The notes beneath the pieces are model-generated. The model did no database searches and was not told the origin of the DNA. It saw only the letters and a list, made by a program, of their open reading frames with translations. A program made the translations under genes and the position numbers. This document shows, piece by piece, positions 47,602-57,518 of a DNA stretch of 64,000 nucleotides. Each line of letters starts with the position of its first letter. The stretch's first letter is position 1. Source of the stretch: a virus; the IMG/VR virus record IMGVR_UViG_3300036979_001044, positions 1 through 64,000 of that record; one strand, given 5' to 3'.

Positions 47602-49908
47602 TTATGCCGTCTGGCGGATCGTCACCAGGTGAACGGTGTTTTTCACGAAGTTGACGGGAATTACCGGGGCCATCTCGACCTCTACGTCGAGCACATCGAC
47701 CGCCAGCTCTACCCCCAAGCTCCTCCAGGCCACCAGCACCAGAGAGTCCACCAGCAATCCAAGGGTGCTCAGCGCGATTCCCCTGGCGGCGTTGATGGTC
47801 CCAGCGAATCCTCGCTTGCCCACCGCAAACTCCATGTTGGTTCGGAAATTGAAGCAACTGAAGTTGACCGCGGCATTCACCGAGCCCTCGGTATAGGCCA
47901 GGTTGTTGGAGGATAGGTGAGTGGTCACGTTGCGGACGAACCGCCGGCCCACGCCCTCGACGTTTTCCAGAAAACAGAGCCCGCCCTGGATCATCTCCTC
48001 GGAGTCGTCGGTGGGGTTCCACGAAACATCCTGGCGAATGGCCAGCACGTTCGCGTACTTGAAGGTCAGCGAGGTACCGACCGGAGCGCCCGCTTGCATG
48101 CCCGCAGCGATGGCCGCGGCGAAGGGCGGCAGGAACTCTTGGCGCTCGCCGGCAGTGTTGTAGCGCTCAATGGCCTGGGGGAACGCTCGGATGTGGCGGG
48201 TGTTCAGGTCAACCGCCTGCTCCTTGGCCTCGTCCTTGGTGGGGACATCGGTGAGCCCAGCGTTGAGCAACCCGACGAACCCATCGCGCTCCGAACGGCC
48301 GATGCCGCACATGTACGCGCAATGGGCGTCCAGCGCAGAGGCTACCGCCGGATCTCCGCTCAGCACCACGATCGAGTTGACCCCGATCTTCTTCAGCAGG
48401 TTGAGCGCATTCTGCCAGTGGGTGAAGAGGGTTGTCCCCTCGCTCCCGCCGGAAAGGAAGGTCGCGGCCACGGTGTTGACCGGAGCGCCGCCCTTGGCCC
48501 CTGAAGCCTTCGCCGCAGAGATATACTGCGAGCTGGTGTTGATCCACTCGATGCAGGACCAGAGATTGGCGTAGAAGGCCGGATTGGCGGGAGAGAGGCA
48601 GTTTTGCACTCCCTGGGCTCCGGTGGTCACATCCAGATCGGCCGGAGAGAAAGTCGTCTTCCCGGTGACCAGGGTGAAGACGAACCCGGCCGCGGAAGCG
48701 TACCGGGCGTTGAAGTAGTCGGCGCATTTCTGGAGCGTCGACTGCACCGCTACTGTCGTGCGCCCGGCGTTGGCCGAGAAGGTGATGGTCTGGGCCGCTT
48801 CCACCTCTCCGAGCGCGAGGTATTGCAGCTCGGAAAAACTGCCCACGCCGACCGCGGGGGTGGTGCCAGTCAGCGTGATCTTCTCCAGCTGGGTTGCCCC
48901 GGCAGGGCTCAGGCCGATGAGCATCAGCCGCTTGGTACTTGCCCCGCTGGAGACCGAGGTCACTGCCAGGTTGCCCACGTAGCCGCAGGCGAACTTGGCC
49001 AGACCCTTGACCGGATTCGCTCCAGCCGCCAGAGTGAGTATCGTGGTCCCGCCAGTGTTCTTGGTCACGGTCACCGTTCCGACGATGGTGCCGATGACGC
49101 GCGCCCCAAGAATCTTGGAGAAGGTCAGCACGCCATTGACCAGTGTGGTGCCGGCGAGGGTGATGGTCTCGCTGATAGCCGCCGCGGAGGCATCCAGTCC
49201 GTAGACGAGGAGCAAGAGCCCCGTGTCGGATGCGCTGGAGGATACCGCGTTGACCAGTCCGTCCACGGTGAGCTGGCTGGCGATATCTCCATCCAGGCCC
49301 AGATTCGCCCGGGTGGCCTTGGCCACGATCGCCCCGCTCGACTCGACCTCCGCGGTCATCGTGTCCCAGCCGTTGGTGGGCTTCACGTACTTCAGGTGGA
49401 AGAACACGTCCCCGCCCACGTCATCCCCGGCCTCGACCTGGTCCTCGAAGGCGATGGTGATGAGTTTGCCCTGCACCGTTCCGTCGGCGATTGAGATGTT
49501 GATCTGGGAGGTGAAGGCGCCGTAGTCGATGCTGGAGAGCGAGAGGGAATTGCCGTAGCTGTTGCCCAGCGAGGCGGCGGACTGGGTGGCTGGGTTGATC
49601 TTCATCGCCACCACTTCCTGCGCCCCAGCTGTGATGTCCGGATCTTTGGAGGGGGCGAACAGCATGTCCGCCACCTCGCGCAGATCGCCGGAGCGGAACA
49701 GCTGCTTGCCTTTCTCGGGCTTGGTCAGCCGCAAGAACTCCTTGGGCTCGGTCATTGCCGATGCCGGTTTCCCGCCAACTGCCGTTCCGAGGACTGCTAC
49801 GATTCCAGAAGCCCCTAGCCCTACTTGCTCCAGGCCCGAAGCATCGACCTGCGAGTAGCTTCCCGGCACGCTGATCAGCCGTCCGTTGAAAAAGATGCTG
49901 GTTGCCAT
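47602..49908 (-). CDS. contractile tail sheath protein
   Basis: PGSYS.VDASGL, G.A.GGKP N-terminus; SLTFK, R.V..VTT, P..PVNF C-terminus. Confidence 0.92.
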   Translation of the reverse strand: MATSIFFNGRLISVPGSYSQVDASGLEQVGLGASGIVAVLGTAVGGKPASAMTEPKEFLRLTKPEKGKQLFRSGDLREVADMLFAPSKDPDITAGAQEVVAMKINPATQSAASLGNSYGNSLSLSSIDYGAFTSQINISIADGTVQGKLITIAFEDQVEAGDDVGGDVFFHLKYVKPTNGWDTMTAEVESSGAIVAKATRANLGLDGDIASQLTVDGLVNAVSSSASDTGLLLLVYGLDASAAAISETITLAGTTLVNGVLTFSKILGARVIGTIVGTVTVTKNTGGTTILTLAAGANPVKGLAKFACGYVGNLAVTSVSSGASTKRLMLIGLSPAGATQLEKITLTGTTPAVGVGSFSELQYLALGEVEAAQTITFSANAGRTTVAVQSTLQKCADYFNARYASAAGFVFTLVTGKTTFSPADLDVTTGAQGVQNCLSPANPAFYANLWSCIEWINTSSQYISAAKASGAKGGAPVNTVAATFLSGGSEGTTLFTHWQNALNLLKKIGVNSIVVLSGDPAVASALDAHCAYMCGIGRSERDGFVGLLNAGLTDVPTKDEAKEQAVDLNTRHIRAFPQAIERYNTAGERQEFLPPFAAAIAAGMQAGAPVGTSLTFKYANVLAIRQDVSWNPTDDSEEMIQGGLCFLENVEGVGRRFVRNVTTHLSSNNLAYTEGSVNAAVNFSCFNFRTNMEFAVGKRGFAGTINAARGIALSTLGLLVDSLVLVAWRSLGVELAVDVLDVEVEMAPVIPVNFVKNTVHLVTIRQTA

Positions 49909-49917
49909 GATCGCTCC

Positions 49918-50187
49918 TTAGTTGGTGGGGGTCGCCATGAATTTCTGGAACGCCTCGCGCCACCCCAGGACGGTCAGCGGGCCTAGCTTCATGCGCTTGA
50001 CGTGATTGCGGAACCCAGCCAATTGGTCGAAGCGCTTTCCTGAGAGCCGAGCCCAGACATCAAAGCTCACCGACACCTTGGGGCCAGGCTTCTCGGCTTC
50101 TGGAGCGGGTTGAGTAGCGGCGGCAGGCTCCTCAACCGGATCGGCGGGAGCATCGGCCTCGAAAATTTCAGGTTTGGTCTCCGGCAT
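49918..50187 (-). CDS. small hypothetical protein
   Basis: SD GAGAGGA; typical pre-sheath small gene. Confidence 0.6.
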   Translation of the reverse strand: MPETKPEIFEADAPADPVEEPAAATQPAPEAEKPGPKVSVSFDVWARLSGKRFDQLAGFRNHVKRMKLGPLTVLGWREAFQKFMATPTN

Positions 50188-50857
50188 CGGTTTCCTCTCC
50201 GTCGTAGTATATGGATACGTTGGTATTGACCTCCCCAACATCACTCGGGCTTCCGCTTTTGTCAACGGCAATGCCCGAAACCCTGAAGGCCTTAGTCAAG
50301 CGAGAATCCCGAGAGATCTGCTGCAACTCGCGCTCGCAGTAGAAGATGATCCGCCGCAAAAAAAGATGCTCGGGCATGTAAGCCGGATCGAGCATCAGCT
50401 CCTCTCCAGAAACCTTGATGCTGGCCAAGCCTTTCTCGGTGAGCTGCTCCAGTCCGGCGAGCAAGATGGCCTTGGCCATCTCGTAGTAGTAGGCGGTGGT
50501 GTCGGGATGCTCGGAGATGACGGTCAGAAAATAGGTGTGCTCCCAGATGGCTGTGTTGATGTCGCAATGATAGTATTTATCGCTCTCGTCCATCACCATG
50601 CCGCCGTCATCGCCGAGGACGGTCTGGCTTTCGCCCTCACTGCCCAAGGTAACAGCAATGGCCGGGTACCTGTTATCCTGGCGGGAGTAGCCGTTGACCA
50701 GAACGATCGGGTGGGCCGCGAAAAAGATTTTTATCGCTGCGACCTCGGCGTCGGATAAACCGTAGTTTTCCAGAAAAATATCTTCCAGAATGAGCGGGTC
50801 AGCGACGATAGCGTCAAAGCCCTCTTGGAGCAGATCGATTAGGTACCGTTGAATCAT
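50168..50857 (-). CDS. tail terminator/completion protein
   Basis: Synteny before the sheath; P.IAVTL..E.E. Confidence 0.6.
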   Translation of the reverse strand: MIQRYLIDLLQEGFDAIVADPLILEDIFLENYGLSDAEVAAIKIFFAAHPIVLVNGYSRQDNRYPAIAVTLGSEGESQTVLGDDGGMVMDESDKYYHCDINTAIWEHTYFLTVISEHPDTTAYYYEMAKAILLAGLEQLTEKGLASIKVSGEELMLDPAYMPEHLFLRRIIFYCERELQQISRDSRLTKAFRVSGIAVDKSGSPSDVGEVNTNVSIYYDGEETDAGDQT

Positions 50858-51672
50858 TTTGAACCCTCAAAATAAGCCGCAAAAGCCTCTGGAGCAATTT
50901 TTTGCACGTAATCGGCTACCTGCTTCGCCAGGTGCTGGGCGGGGATAGCCTTGCGTATCCAGCCAGTAGTGACCCGGGTCGAGATGGTCCGAAAAGTCAT
51001 GTAGGAATTCTGGGTTGCTTTCTCGTAGGTCTTCTCCATCTTCACCATGCCCGAGTAGATATCGGTCTTGTGGTGCGGCTTGAGCAACGGGATACCCATG
51101 TCCGCGGTATCGAGTCGCGATCCCCAGTTGGTATTTCCGGAGGCCCCGCCGAAAGATCCGGTCAGCTGTTTCGCTGCTCCGTAGACCTCCTTGCCTAGCT
51201 TCTTGGCGTTGGCTACTGCCTGATTCCCGCCATAAGCCGATCCCATTGGTTGCCCGATTTGATTGGTCGAGCCAGGAGTGGTGTGGCGGAAGGGGATAGC
51301 CCGATAGTAGCCAGGCTTGCTCCCGCCCTGTGCCTTGGTCGCGCGCTTTCCCTTCTGCCCGAAGGGAGCAACCGGAACACTCGAACCCAACAGGATCTTG
51401 CGCAGATCAACTTGTGGAGATCCGTCTTCCAGCATATGGGGGATCTCACCCACCAGCGCGATTACCGCCATTCCGGGCGAAGATTCTATCGGCTGGATGC
51501 CTCGGATGTAGTCATTGCGAAAACTAGATTTGAGCCCAGAAGCGAGTTTGATCCAATGGGCACGGGCAGCCCCGGCAATTCCCCCGATCACGCTATCGAC
51601 GGCCTCCTTGGAGAGCCCAGCGGCCAAGTGAGGCGGGATCAATGCCCCCACCATTTCTACTTTGATGCTCAT
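50854..51672 (-). CDS. neck/tail completion protein
   Basis: Basic protein with Y.AIPFRH, Y.TFR.IS...W motifs in the neck cluster. Confidence 0.6.
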   Translation of the reverse strand: MSIKVEMVGALIPPHLAAGLSKEAVDSVIGGIAGAARAHWIKLASGLKSSFRNDYIRGIQPIESSPGMAVIALVGEIPHMLEDGSPQVDLRKILLGSSVPVAPFGQKGKRATKAQGGSKPGYYRAIPFRHTTPGSTNQIGQPMGSAYGGNQAVANAKKLGKEVYGAAKQLTGSFGGASGNTNWGSRLDTADMGIPLLKPHHKTDIYSGMVKMEKTYEKATQNSYMTFRTISTRVTTGWIRKAIPAQHLAKQVADYVQKIAPEAFAAYFEGSK

Positions 51673-52493
51673 CCGTGCGCCTCCGGGATGAAGTCGTAAC
51701 GCACCAGGGCCTGGATGGGCAATCCTTTGGGATCTCCACGCGGTGTTTTGGGATTCGACACTTTGAACTTCTTCGAGGTCTGCCGGATGATGTGCGGGTG
51801 CTCCACCACCAGGACCACGGGGTGGCAGAGGTAGTGGAGAGAAAGTTTGGTGCCGCTTTCTGGAATAGCAGCGGGACGGAACTTCACCTTGCCCAGCTCG
51901 ATGAAAAAATCCTGATCGGGTTTGTAGGTGCGCGAGAACGATCGAAAATAATTCACCCCAGCCACTGGATACCGACCAGTTACCGTGTCGGTACCATCGG
52001 AGTTGACCGTCTCCACGTAGACGACCTCGCTCTCCAGAATGGTCAGCTTGTCGTAGTAGCCTATCTTGTTTTCGTGGCGGGTGGTCAGCATCATCGACCC
52101 AGCCATCCAGTTGCCAATTTTGTCCCAGGGGCTGTACTCGTTCTGGATAGAAGTGATCACCCCGCGGATGGTCATCGCGTTGTTGGTCTCGATGATCTTC
52201 TTTTGCACCTCATCCATGTTGCCAATCTCATCGTAGTTCGGCGGGAGATCTCCCCCGAAGTAGTGCCAGCCCGATCCCTTGCACAGCGGGCAATTCGGGT
52301 CGGGTTGCTCGGTCTGGGTGACCACCGGGCGGCAAGGACAGATAGACGCCCGCTCCCAGGCCAGCAAGTACCCTTTGGTCTCGACCAAGAGGGCGAAGGC
52401 GTCGGGCAGGAAGTCCGCCCGGGACATCGACTCCTTCATCCCCACCGGGGTTCCAGAAACTGGAAAAGTCGGACGGGTCGGGGTGATGGTCAT
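51669..52493 (-). CDS. head closure/neck protein
   Basis: WE.A..CPC...QPDPNC..C.G.G as in SPO1/Twort-like neck proteins. Confidence 0.7.
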   Translation of the reverse strand: MTITPTRPTFPVSGTPVGMKESMSRADFLPDAFALLVETKGYLLAWERASICPCRPVVTQTEQPDPNCPLCKGSGWHYFGGDLPPNYDEIGNMDEVQKKIIETNNAMTIRGVITSIQNEYSPWDKIGNWMAGSMMLTTRHENKIGYYDKLTILESEVVYVETVNSDGTDTVTGRYPVAGVNYFRSFSRTYKPDQDFFIELGKVKFRPAAIPESGTKLSLHYLCHPVVLVVEHPHIIRQTSKKFKVSNPKTPRGDPKGLPIQALVRYDFIPEAHG

Positions 52494-53518
52494 GCCACCA
52501 CCATCCGCAAACCTTTGTAGTATTTCTCAAGGGTTGGGATTACTTGCTTGATTTCCTTCTCGTATTGGGCGAGCCGGGCGCCATAACCCGCGTACATCGC
52601 CGAAGAAGTTGTGGTATATCCTTGACTTAGCCCGTCGATGCTCAAATTCTGGGACGCAATACCCGCACCCCCTAGTAAATCGCCTAGGGGGTTTAATGGC
52701 CCGAAAGACGCCAGCTTAGCGATGGCGTCGCGCAACACCGGCGGGAGGGTCCCGCTCTCGAACCCGGCGGTGTAGTCGATCTGGAAAACCCCAGGGATGA
52801 AGCGCCGGGCGCCGTAGAGATAAGGCAACCACGGCCCCGTCGTCCCCATCACCACCACACCCGACCCCGCGACGCCCGGCACTACCTGAACGTGACCGGC
52901 CTCTCGTTCGACCTGGAGGAACTCCCGCCCGAAGGTCTGGACGGTGTTGCCCCCCGCTCCGGGGATGACGATGCGAAGCTCATCCACGTCGATGATCGGA
53001 TAGTCCTTGGTCTTGATGAACACGTACTCGCGGAAGTCCTCTGCGTAGTAGTCGTGCAGCTCGGAGGTGATTGGCTTGGGGCGCAGCGAGAGTTGCAGGC
53101 GGTGTTCAAACCAGGAGACCGCTGACTTGATGAACCACTCGTAGAGCGAGTCGGGCATCGGTTCCCCGGCATCGTTGGTCAGATCGAGCCCAAAGAGGTA
53201 GTTATTCTTCAGTTCGGCCACCGAAACGATGTCGAGAGCGAAGTCCCCTTCACCTTGTTGCGCATCGGAAAGAGAGGATTCCAGGAGAGAGACCGAATGG
53301 AAGTAGCTAGATTTGTAGTAGTATCCAGCAGCTCCAGCGCTGTCGGTGCATTCGTAGACCATCTTCCCCGATTCCAGCGCGATTCTCGTGCTGGGGTCGG
53401 TGACCTCAACGTAAACGCCGTCGAGCCCAGTGATGGAGCGGTAGATCTTGATCCGGTTGAAGGTCCGTTGGACTACTTCCAGATTCGCGACCACGACTTT
53501 CAGGGTGATGACTGCCAT
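52490..53518 (-). CDS. head-tail adaptor protein
   Basis: YLFGLDL...G.P.PD..Y...I..AV, .DY.AG, SIDG.S..TT.SAMY.GYGA. Confidence 0.75.
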   Translation of the reverse strand: MAVITLKVVVANLEVVQRTFNRIKIYRSITGLDGVYVEVTDPSTRIALESGKMVYECTDSAGAAGYYYKSSYFHSVSLLESSLSDAQQGEGDFALDIVSVAELKNNYLFGLDLTNDAGEPMPDSLYEWFIKSAVSWFEHRLQLSLRPKPITSELHDYYAEDFREYVFIKTKDYPIIDVDELRIVIPGAGGNTVQTFGREFLQVEREAGHVQVVPGVAGSGVVVMGTTGPWLPYLYGARRFIPGVFQIDYTAGFESGTLPPVLRDAIAKLASFGPLNPLGDLLGGAGIASQNLSIDGLSQGYTTTSSAMYAGYGARLAQYEKEIKQVIPTLEKYYKGLRMVVA

Positions 53519-53962
53519 CTAGTCCTCCTCGGACATCGAGGTGAAAAGGGTTGGTCGCTCCGACTGCGATACGATCACCGGGGACAGCTCGGCTTGCGCC
53601 GACAAGAAGGATTCCAATTCCTCGCTGCCCAGCCCCGGGATGTCCTCTCCCGTTAGGGTGTCTGGTTGGATGATACGGGTCTCCGGGGCACTGGGGCAAC
53701 CCCCATCCGCGCCGCCTCCAGTATGCACATTGGAGTGATACTCGATTTCCAGAGAATCTCCCGCGAGTGGAACCTCCTTCATCACCACCTTGCGGTTGCC
53801 CTGCACAAAAAATCCGTCATCCCAGGAACGGACCTTCAGCCGCCCATTGACGAACACCTGCACCGTCTCCGGCGTGAAGTCGAAGGAGACGTAGAACTCG
53901 GTATTGACCCCATCGACTGCGCCGATCAGCGTGTCTCCAGCGGTCTCCTTGAGCGTGATCAT
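53519..53962 (-). CDS. virion structural protein (Ig-like)
   Basis: G..DGVN..F...V.V.NG...P..GD.L...Y. Confidence 0.6.
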   Translation of the reverse strand: MITLKETAGDTLIGAVDGVNTEFYVSFDFTPETVQVFVNGRLKVRSWDDGFFVQGNRKVVMKEVPLAGDSLEIEYHSNVHTGGGADGGCPSAPETRIIQPDTLTGEDIPGLGSEELESFLSAQAELSPVIVSQSERPTLFTSMSEED

Positions 53963-54201
53963 GGGACCTCGTACTGGACGGATAGGCTATCCCCGGTGAG
54001 AGGTGCTTCCTTCATCTGGATCTGCCGGCTGCCCAGCTCTTCGTACCCGGTGTCCCAGCCAGGTACCAGCCGCACACCATTTTTCCAGACCGACACCGTT
54101 CCAGAAAAGTATTCGGCACTCGTCCAGAAAATCCGATTCACCCCATCCGGCTCAGGGGTGACCAGTTCGCGCATCAAGTCCCTCGCGATCATAATGGCCA
54201 T
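53959..54201 (-). CDS. virion structural protein (Ig-like), paralogue of the downstream gene
   Basis: DGVN..F...V.KNG...MKEAP.TGDSL...Y. Confidence 0.6.
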   Translation of the reverse strand: MAIMIARDLMRELVTPEPDGVNRIFWTSAEYFSGTVSVWKNGVRLVPGWDTGYEELGSRQIQMKEAPLTGDSLSVQYEVP

Positions 54202-54419
54202 CGGCTAGCATCCACCCTGGTGCTCGCGTACCAGTCCAAATCCAACCCGTCGCAGCTCAAACGAAGTCGCTGGATATCCCCGAGCAGGTCTTCCAGTACT
54301 CCGCACAGATCATCCATGTGGCGGAAGGTCTCCGCGTGAAAGCGCAATGGACTGTACCGCTTTCCGGTCGTTTCCTCTAAAGAGATCTCGCGGGCGGTGT
54401 CATCCAGGTCGCCGCACAT
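54189..54419 (-). CDS. hypothetical protein
   Basis: Fills the gap; start uncertain. Confidence 0.4.
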   Translation of the reverse strand: MCGDLDDTAREISLEETTGKRYSPLRFHAETFRHMDDLCGVLEDLLGDIQRLRLSCDGLDLDWYASTRVDASRWPL

Positions 54420-54876
54420 CCCCGGTATTTTCAGACAATTCCCGCACATAATCGCGTAGCTCCTGGTGCAAGTCCGTCTTGCTCCGGTTGTGCAGATCTT
54501 CCAGGCGCTGGAGGAGCGCGGGGCGTAACTGGCGCATTTCGTCGCGGATGTGATCAACTACGTTGAACAACGCATCCACTTTACGTCCGCGCGTAGACTC
54601 CATCGCCGTGTCCTCACGCACAAACTGCTCCCAGCGATCGCGCAACTTCTCCATGGTCTCGTCAAGTCGCATCACCACCCGCAACTCGCGTTCTTCGCAT
54701 TCCTTCCGCTGCACGATGAGCCCCGAGATAATATTGGCCAACTCCTGATATTTCTGTTCAGTTTTTTCGCGGTAGGTCTGAAGGAGTGAACGCATCAAGA
54801 ACCCGACGATCGAGAAGATCAATCCCACCGCGCCGCCTACGATCGCCAGGACGGTCTCAATGCTGATCGACGGCAT
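54400..54876 (-). CDS. single-TM coiled-coil membrane protein
   Basis: VLAIVGGAVGLIFSIVGFLM TM followed by a coiled coil. Confidence 0.65.
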   Translation of the reverse strand: MPSISIETVLAIVGGAVGLIFSIVGFLMRSLLQTYREKTEQKYQELANIISGLIVQRKECEERELRVVMRLDETMEKLRDRWEQFVREDTAMESTRGRKVDALFNVVDHIRDEMRQLRPALLQRLEDLHNRSKTDLHQELRDYVRELSENTGDVRRPG

Positions 54877-55258
54877 CCGCTTGCCCTTTCTCCCCGAGGA
54901 GGGTCCAGATTCGCGCCAACAATCGAGCCAATGGTTTGACCGGCTTGCCCAGCCAATCGTTGACATCATGGCGCAAATAATCCAACTGTATATCCACTCC
55001 TTCTACCGCGCTCAGCACAATGATGGGGAGATCTAGCGTACTGCGCTTCAACTCTTTTCTGGCGTATTCGATCACTTGCCAATTGCATGCCTTTGCCAGG
55101 CCGATGTCAATCACCAGAACATCTACCTCGAAGCTCACCAGGTGCTCCAGCGCTCCTTCCACTGTTGCCGCTTCCAGAATCTGGAACCCATAACGACTCA
55201 GGTACTCTCGGTGCACGACCTGGGCTTGTGCATCCTCGTCCACAAGCAACACCCGCAT
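54857..55258 (-). CDS. single-domain response regulator (CheY-like receiver)
   Basis: MRVLLVDED, D.LVID (phospho-Asp), PIIVLSA, D.L.KP; SD AGGAGG. Confidence 0.88.
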   Translation of the reverse strand: MRVLLVDEDAQAQVVHREYLSRYGFQILEAATVEGALEHLVSFEVDVLVIDIGLAKACNWQVIEYARKELKRSTLDLPIIVLSAVEGVDIQLDYLRHDVNDWLGKPVKPLARLLARIWTLLGEKGQADAVDQH

Positions 55259-55271
55259 ATCGGCCTCCTGG

Positions 55272-55775
55272 CTAGACCGGCGCGTCCAACTCTTCGAAGA
55301 AGGTTTCCGAATTCTTAAGGCAGATAGCCCATATAGCGCGGACATCGACATACTGCGGGTCCTCAAAATATTTTCCGATACCATTGAGCACCATCGCCAG
55401 GTACTCCGAGCAGAAAAGGCCCTTGTAAGTACGCAGCGGGTGGCGGACCTTGAGCTTCAGATAGCGCCAGCAGATCAGCAGCAGCCCGATGACCACCAGG
55501 CCCTGGTAGTCGTACTGCTCGCCAAAATGCGAAGACGTGGCACGCATCGCTTCCCAGATCTTCGGGTGCTCGATCCGGAAGCGCTTCCGCCAGATACGCT
55601 TCTTTTGCGGAATGGCGCGTACCCCTTTGGTCATTGCTTCAGCCACCCACAGCGCATCCCAGTCATTCGATTCGTAGACCAGAACCACATGGTTGAATTC
55701 GAATCCACTCACCTTGCGCACCAGCCACGCAGGAAAACCTTTATCCCGCTCAAATGCGATCCATACCTTGTTCAC
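55272..55775 (-). CDS. permuted papain-like (YaeF/YiiX, NlpC/P60) amidase
   Basis: NHV...EA...GV...G..YD...FCSE. Confidence 0.8.
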   Translation of the reverse strand: MNKVWIAFERDKGFPAWLVRKVSGFEFNHVVLVYESNDWDALWVAEAMTKGVRAIPQKKRIWRKRFRIEHPKIWEAMRATSSHFGEQYDYQGLVVIGLLLICWRYLKLKVRHPLRTYKGLFCSEYLAMVLNGIGKYFEDPQYVDVRAIWAICLKNSETFFEELDAPV

Positions 55776-55784
55776 GGATCTCCT

Positions 55785-55982
55785 TTAACGCCCGAACAGC
55801 GCTCGCCCCACGTTGGTCGGAACAAAATTCCCGTTCTCATCCTTTCCTACCCATTTCAACTTCAGGCACTCCCGCATAGCCTCTTGGCAGATCACCGATT
55901 CAGGAGCAACGGGCCCCGTGTTGACCACATTCTTCAGCTCCTCCATGACCTTCCGCATCCGTTCTTTTTTCTCTTCGGACAT
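55785..55982 (-). CDS. hypothetical protein
   Basis: SD GAGGAG before ATG at 55982. Confidence 0.6.
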   Translation of the reverse strand: MSEEKKERMRKVMEELKNVVNTGPVAPESVICQEAMRECLKLKWVGKDENGNFVPTNVGRALFGR

Positions 55983-55983
55983 T

Positions 55984-56832
55984 TTACTCCTCGTCTTTCC
56001 GGCCAAAGAACGAAGCCGCTCCCATCTCGCCCGCAAACGGAATGTCATTTTCCAGCCAGCAGCGAATCTCCATTGAATAGACACCCTGGAGGGCGTTCGC
56101 CGCCCGGGCAGTGTAGTCGTAGTAGAGGAACACCCGGGGCTGAGTTGGCATTCTCCAAGCATCGTAATCCCCGCCCCCACCACTCTCGATGGCATCTTCC
56201 CACTCGATACGGGAAGCGTCCTTCTTCAGGTCATCAAGCGTCTGGTAAATCTCGGGACTGGATAACGGCATCATCCCGTAGCCAACATCTCCCCAGAGCT
56301 GAAAGAACACGCTGTCCCGCATTCCGATATTCTTCGAGTACATGACCTTGACCGTGTTGCTGGTCCAGACGTATCCCGTGGGGGCCTGGGCCTTGAACAG
56401 GCTGGTCCGGACGTAGGAGTAGTCGGCGGTCACCACCTCAGTTCCAGAAAGTGCGCTGTTGAAGGTCACCGCGCCGGTCACGTAGTTGATGGAAAAATCT
56501 CCACTGGTCCTGCCTGCCGGGTTCTCGGTCTTGATAGTGCCGTCTACCTTGACCACCGGGGCGTAGTTTTCCCGCAGTTCACACTCTCGGAAGATTTTCC
56601 CGTGCATCACGTCAACCCAGTAGCGGGAGGTTGCTGGGGTGTAGATTGTGTGATTTCCAGAATCGGTCAAGGTCTCGCCAGTCACCCGAGCGGAGTCCTG
56701 CCACCACGTTTCTTTTTTACAGAAGTCCGAAGTGTAGCACTCGTGTCTCCGACCCTCCAACGGCATCTGGCGCACGTCGCCGAAAATCGGAATCTCTTCC
56801 CCTTCTGCGATCCGGATCGGCATGATCGCCAT
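55984..56832 (-). CDS. virion structural protein
   Basis: INY.TG.VTF...VTADYSY Ig-like motif. Confidence 0.6.
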   Translation of the reverse strand: MAIMPIRIAEGEEIPIFGDVRQMPLEGRRHECYTSDFCKKETWWQDSARVTGETLTDSGNHTIYTPATSRYWVDVMHGKIFRECELRENYAPVVKVDGTIKTENPAGRTSGDFSINYVTGAVTFNSALSGTEVVTADYSYVRTSLFKAQAPTGYVWTSNTVKVMYSKNIGMRDSVFFQLWGDVGYGMMPLSSPEIYQTLDDLKKDASRIEWEDAIESGGGGDYDAWRMPTQPRVFLYYDYTARAANALQGVYSMEIRCWLENDIPFAGEMGAASFFGRKDEE

Positions 56833-57518
56833 TAGATGATCTCCTTGCCGCAGAACACCGCGCTCACATGATCCAGCCCAGAAATATTATCCCACACCGT
56901 GATCCGCACATAGTCAGGAGTGGCGTAGGTCCCGGCCTTCATAAATTTGATCCCACCCAATCCAATCAACACTTTTGCCAAGTCGGGGGTTGCGCTGTAC
57001 AACTCAAAACCACCAGACGACGTGAACTGAACAACCTCACGGGTGCGCTTGAAATTGGCGATGTTGTATACTCGATCCTGGGCTTTCGCCTCGATCAATA
57101 ACCCGTTGGTCAATAGAGTGACTCCAAAAAATGAATCCCCAAACGAGATCGTCGGCTCCTCGATTACCAAGTTCAGGCTGCTACCTTCAACGTCGTAGGA
57201 CGCACCTGGAGACCAAGAAAAAACAACCGGAGTGACCGACCCATTGACATTCATGTTTCTGGAAGATCCGTTCAACAAATCAGCATAAAGGACTCCGACC
57301 CCGCTTGCGGAAATGGTCGCTTGCACCGAGAGCTTCCCGTCCGAGAGGATGTCTATCTCGTGACCAGAAGCATCAACAATCCGGACCTTGCCCAGCGTAT
57401 TGGTGCCAGCCTCCAGCCGAGATTCGACCCGAAGCCTCCGAACTCCTGAGTCGTCGATAACGCTGATGGGTGTCACCCCATCTGGGCCGTACAAAATTGT
57501 TGCCGGAGACAAACTCAT
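56832..57518 (-). CDS. virion structural protein
   Basis: MNVNGS.TPV.F motif; beta-rich; coupled. Confidence 0.6.
   Translation of the reverse strand: MSLSPATILYGPDGVTPISVIDDSGVRRLRVESRLEAGTNTLGKVRIVDASGHEIDILSDGKLSVQATISASGVGVLYADLLNGSSRNMNVNGSVTPVVFSWSPGASYDVEGSSLNLVIEEPTISFGDSFFGVTLLTNGLLIEAKAQDRVYNIANFKRTREVVQFTSSGGFELYSATPDLAKVLIGLGGIKFMKAGTYATPDYVRITVWDNISGLDHVSAVFCGKEII

Noticed and set aside
37641-49908. Bacterial T6SS, eCIS or tailocin locus
   Set aside because: Linked to major capsid, neck and a full phage replication module, so it is a bona fide phage
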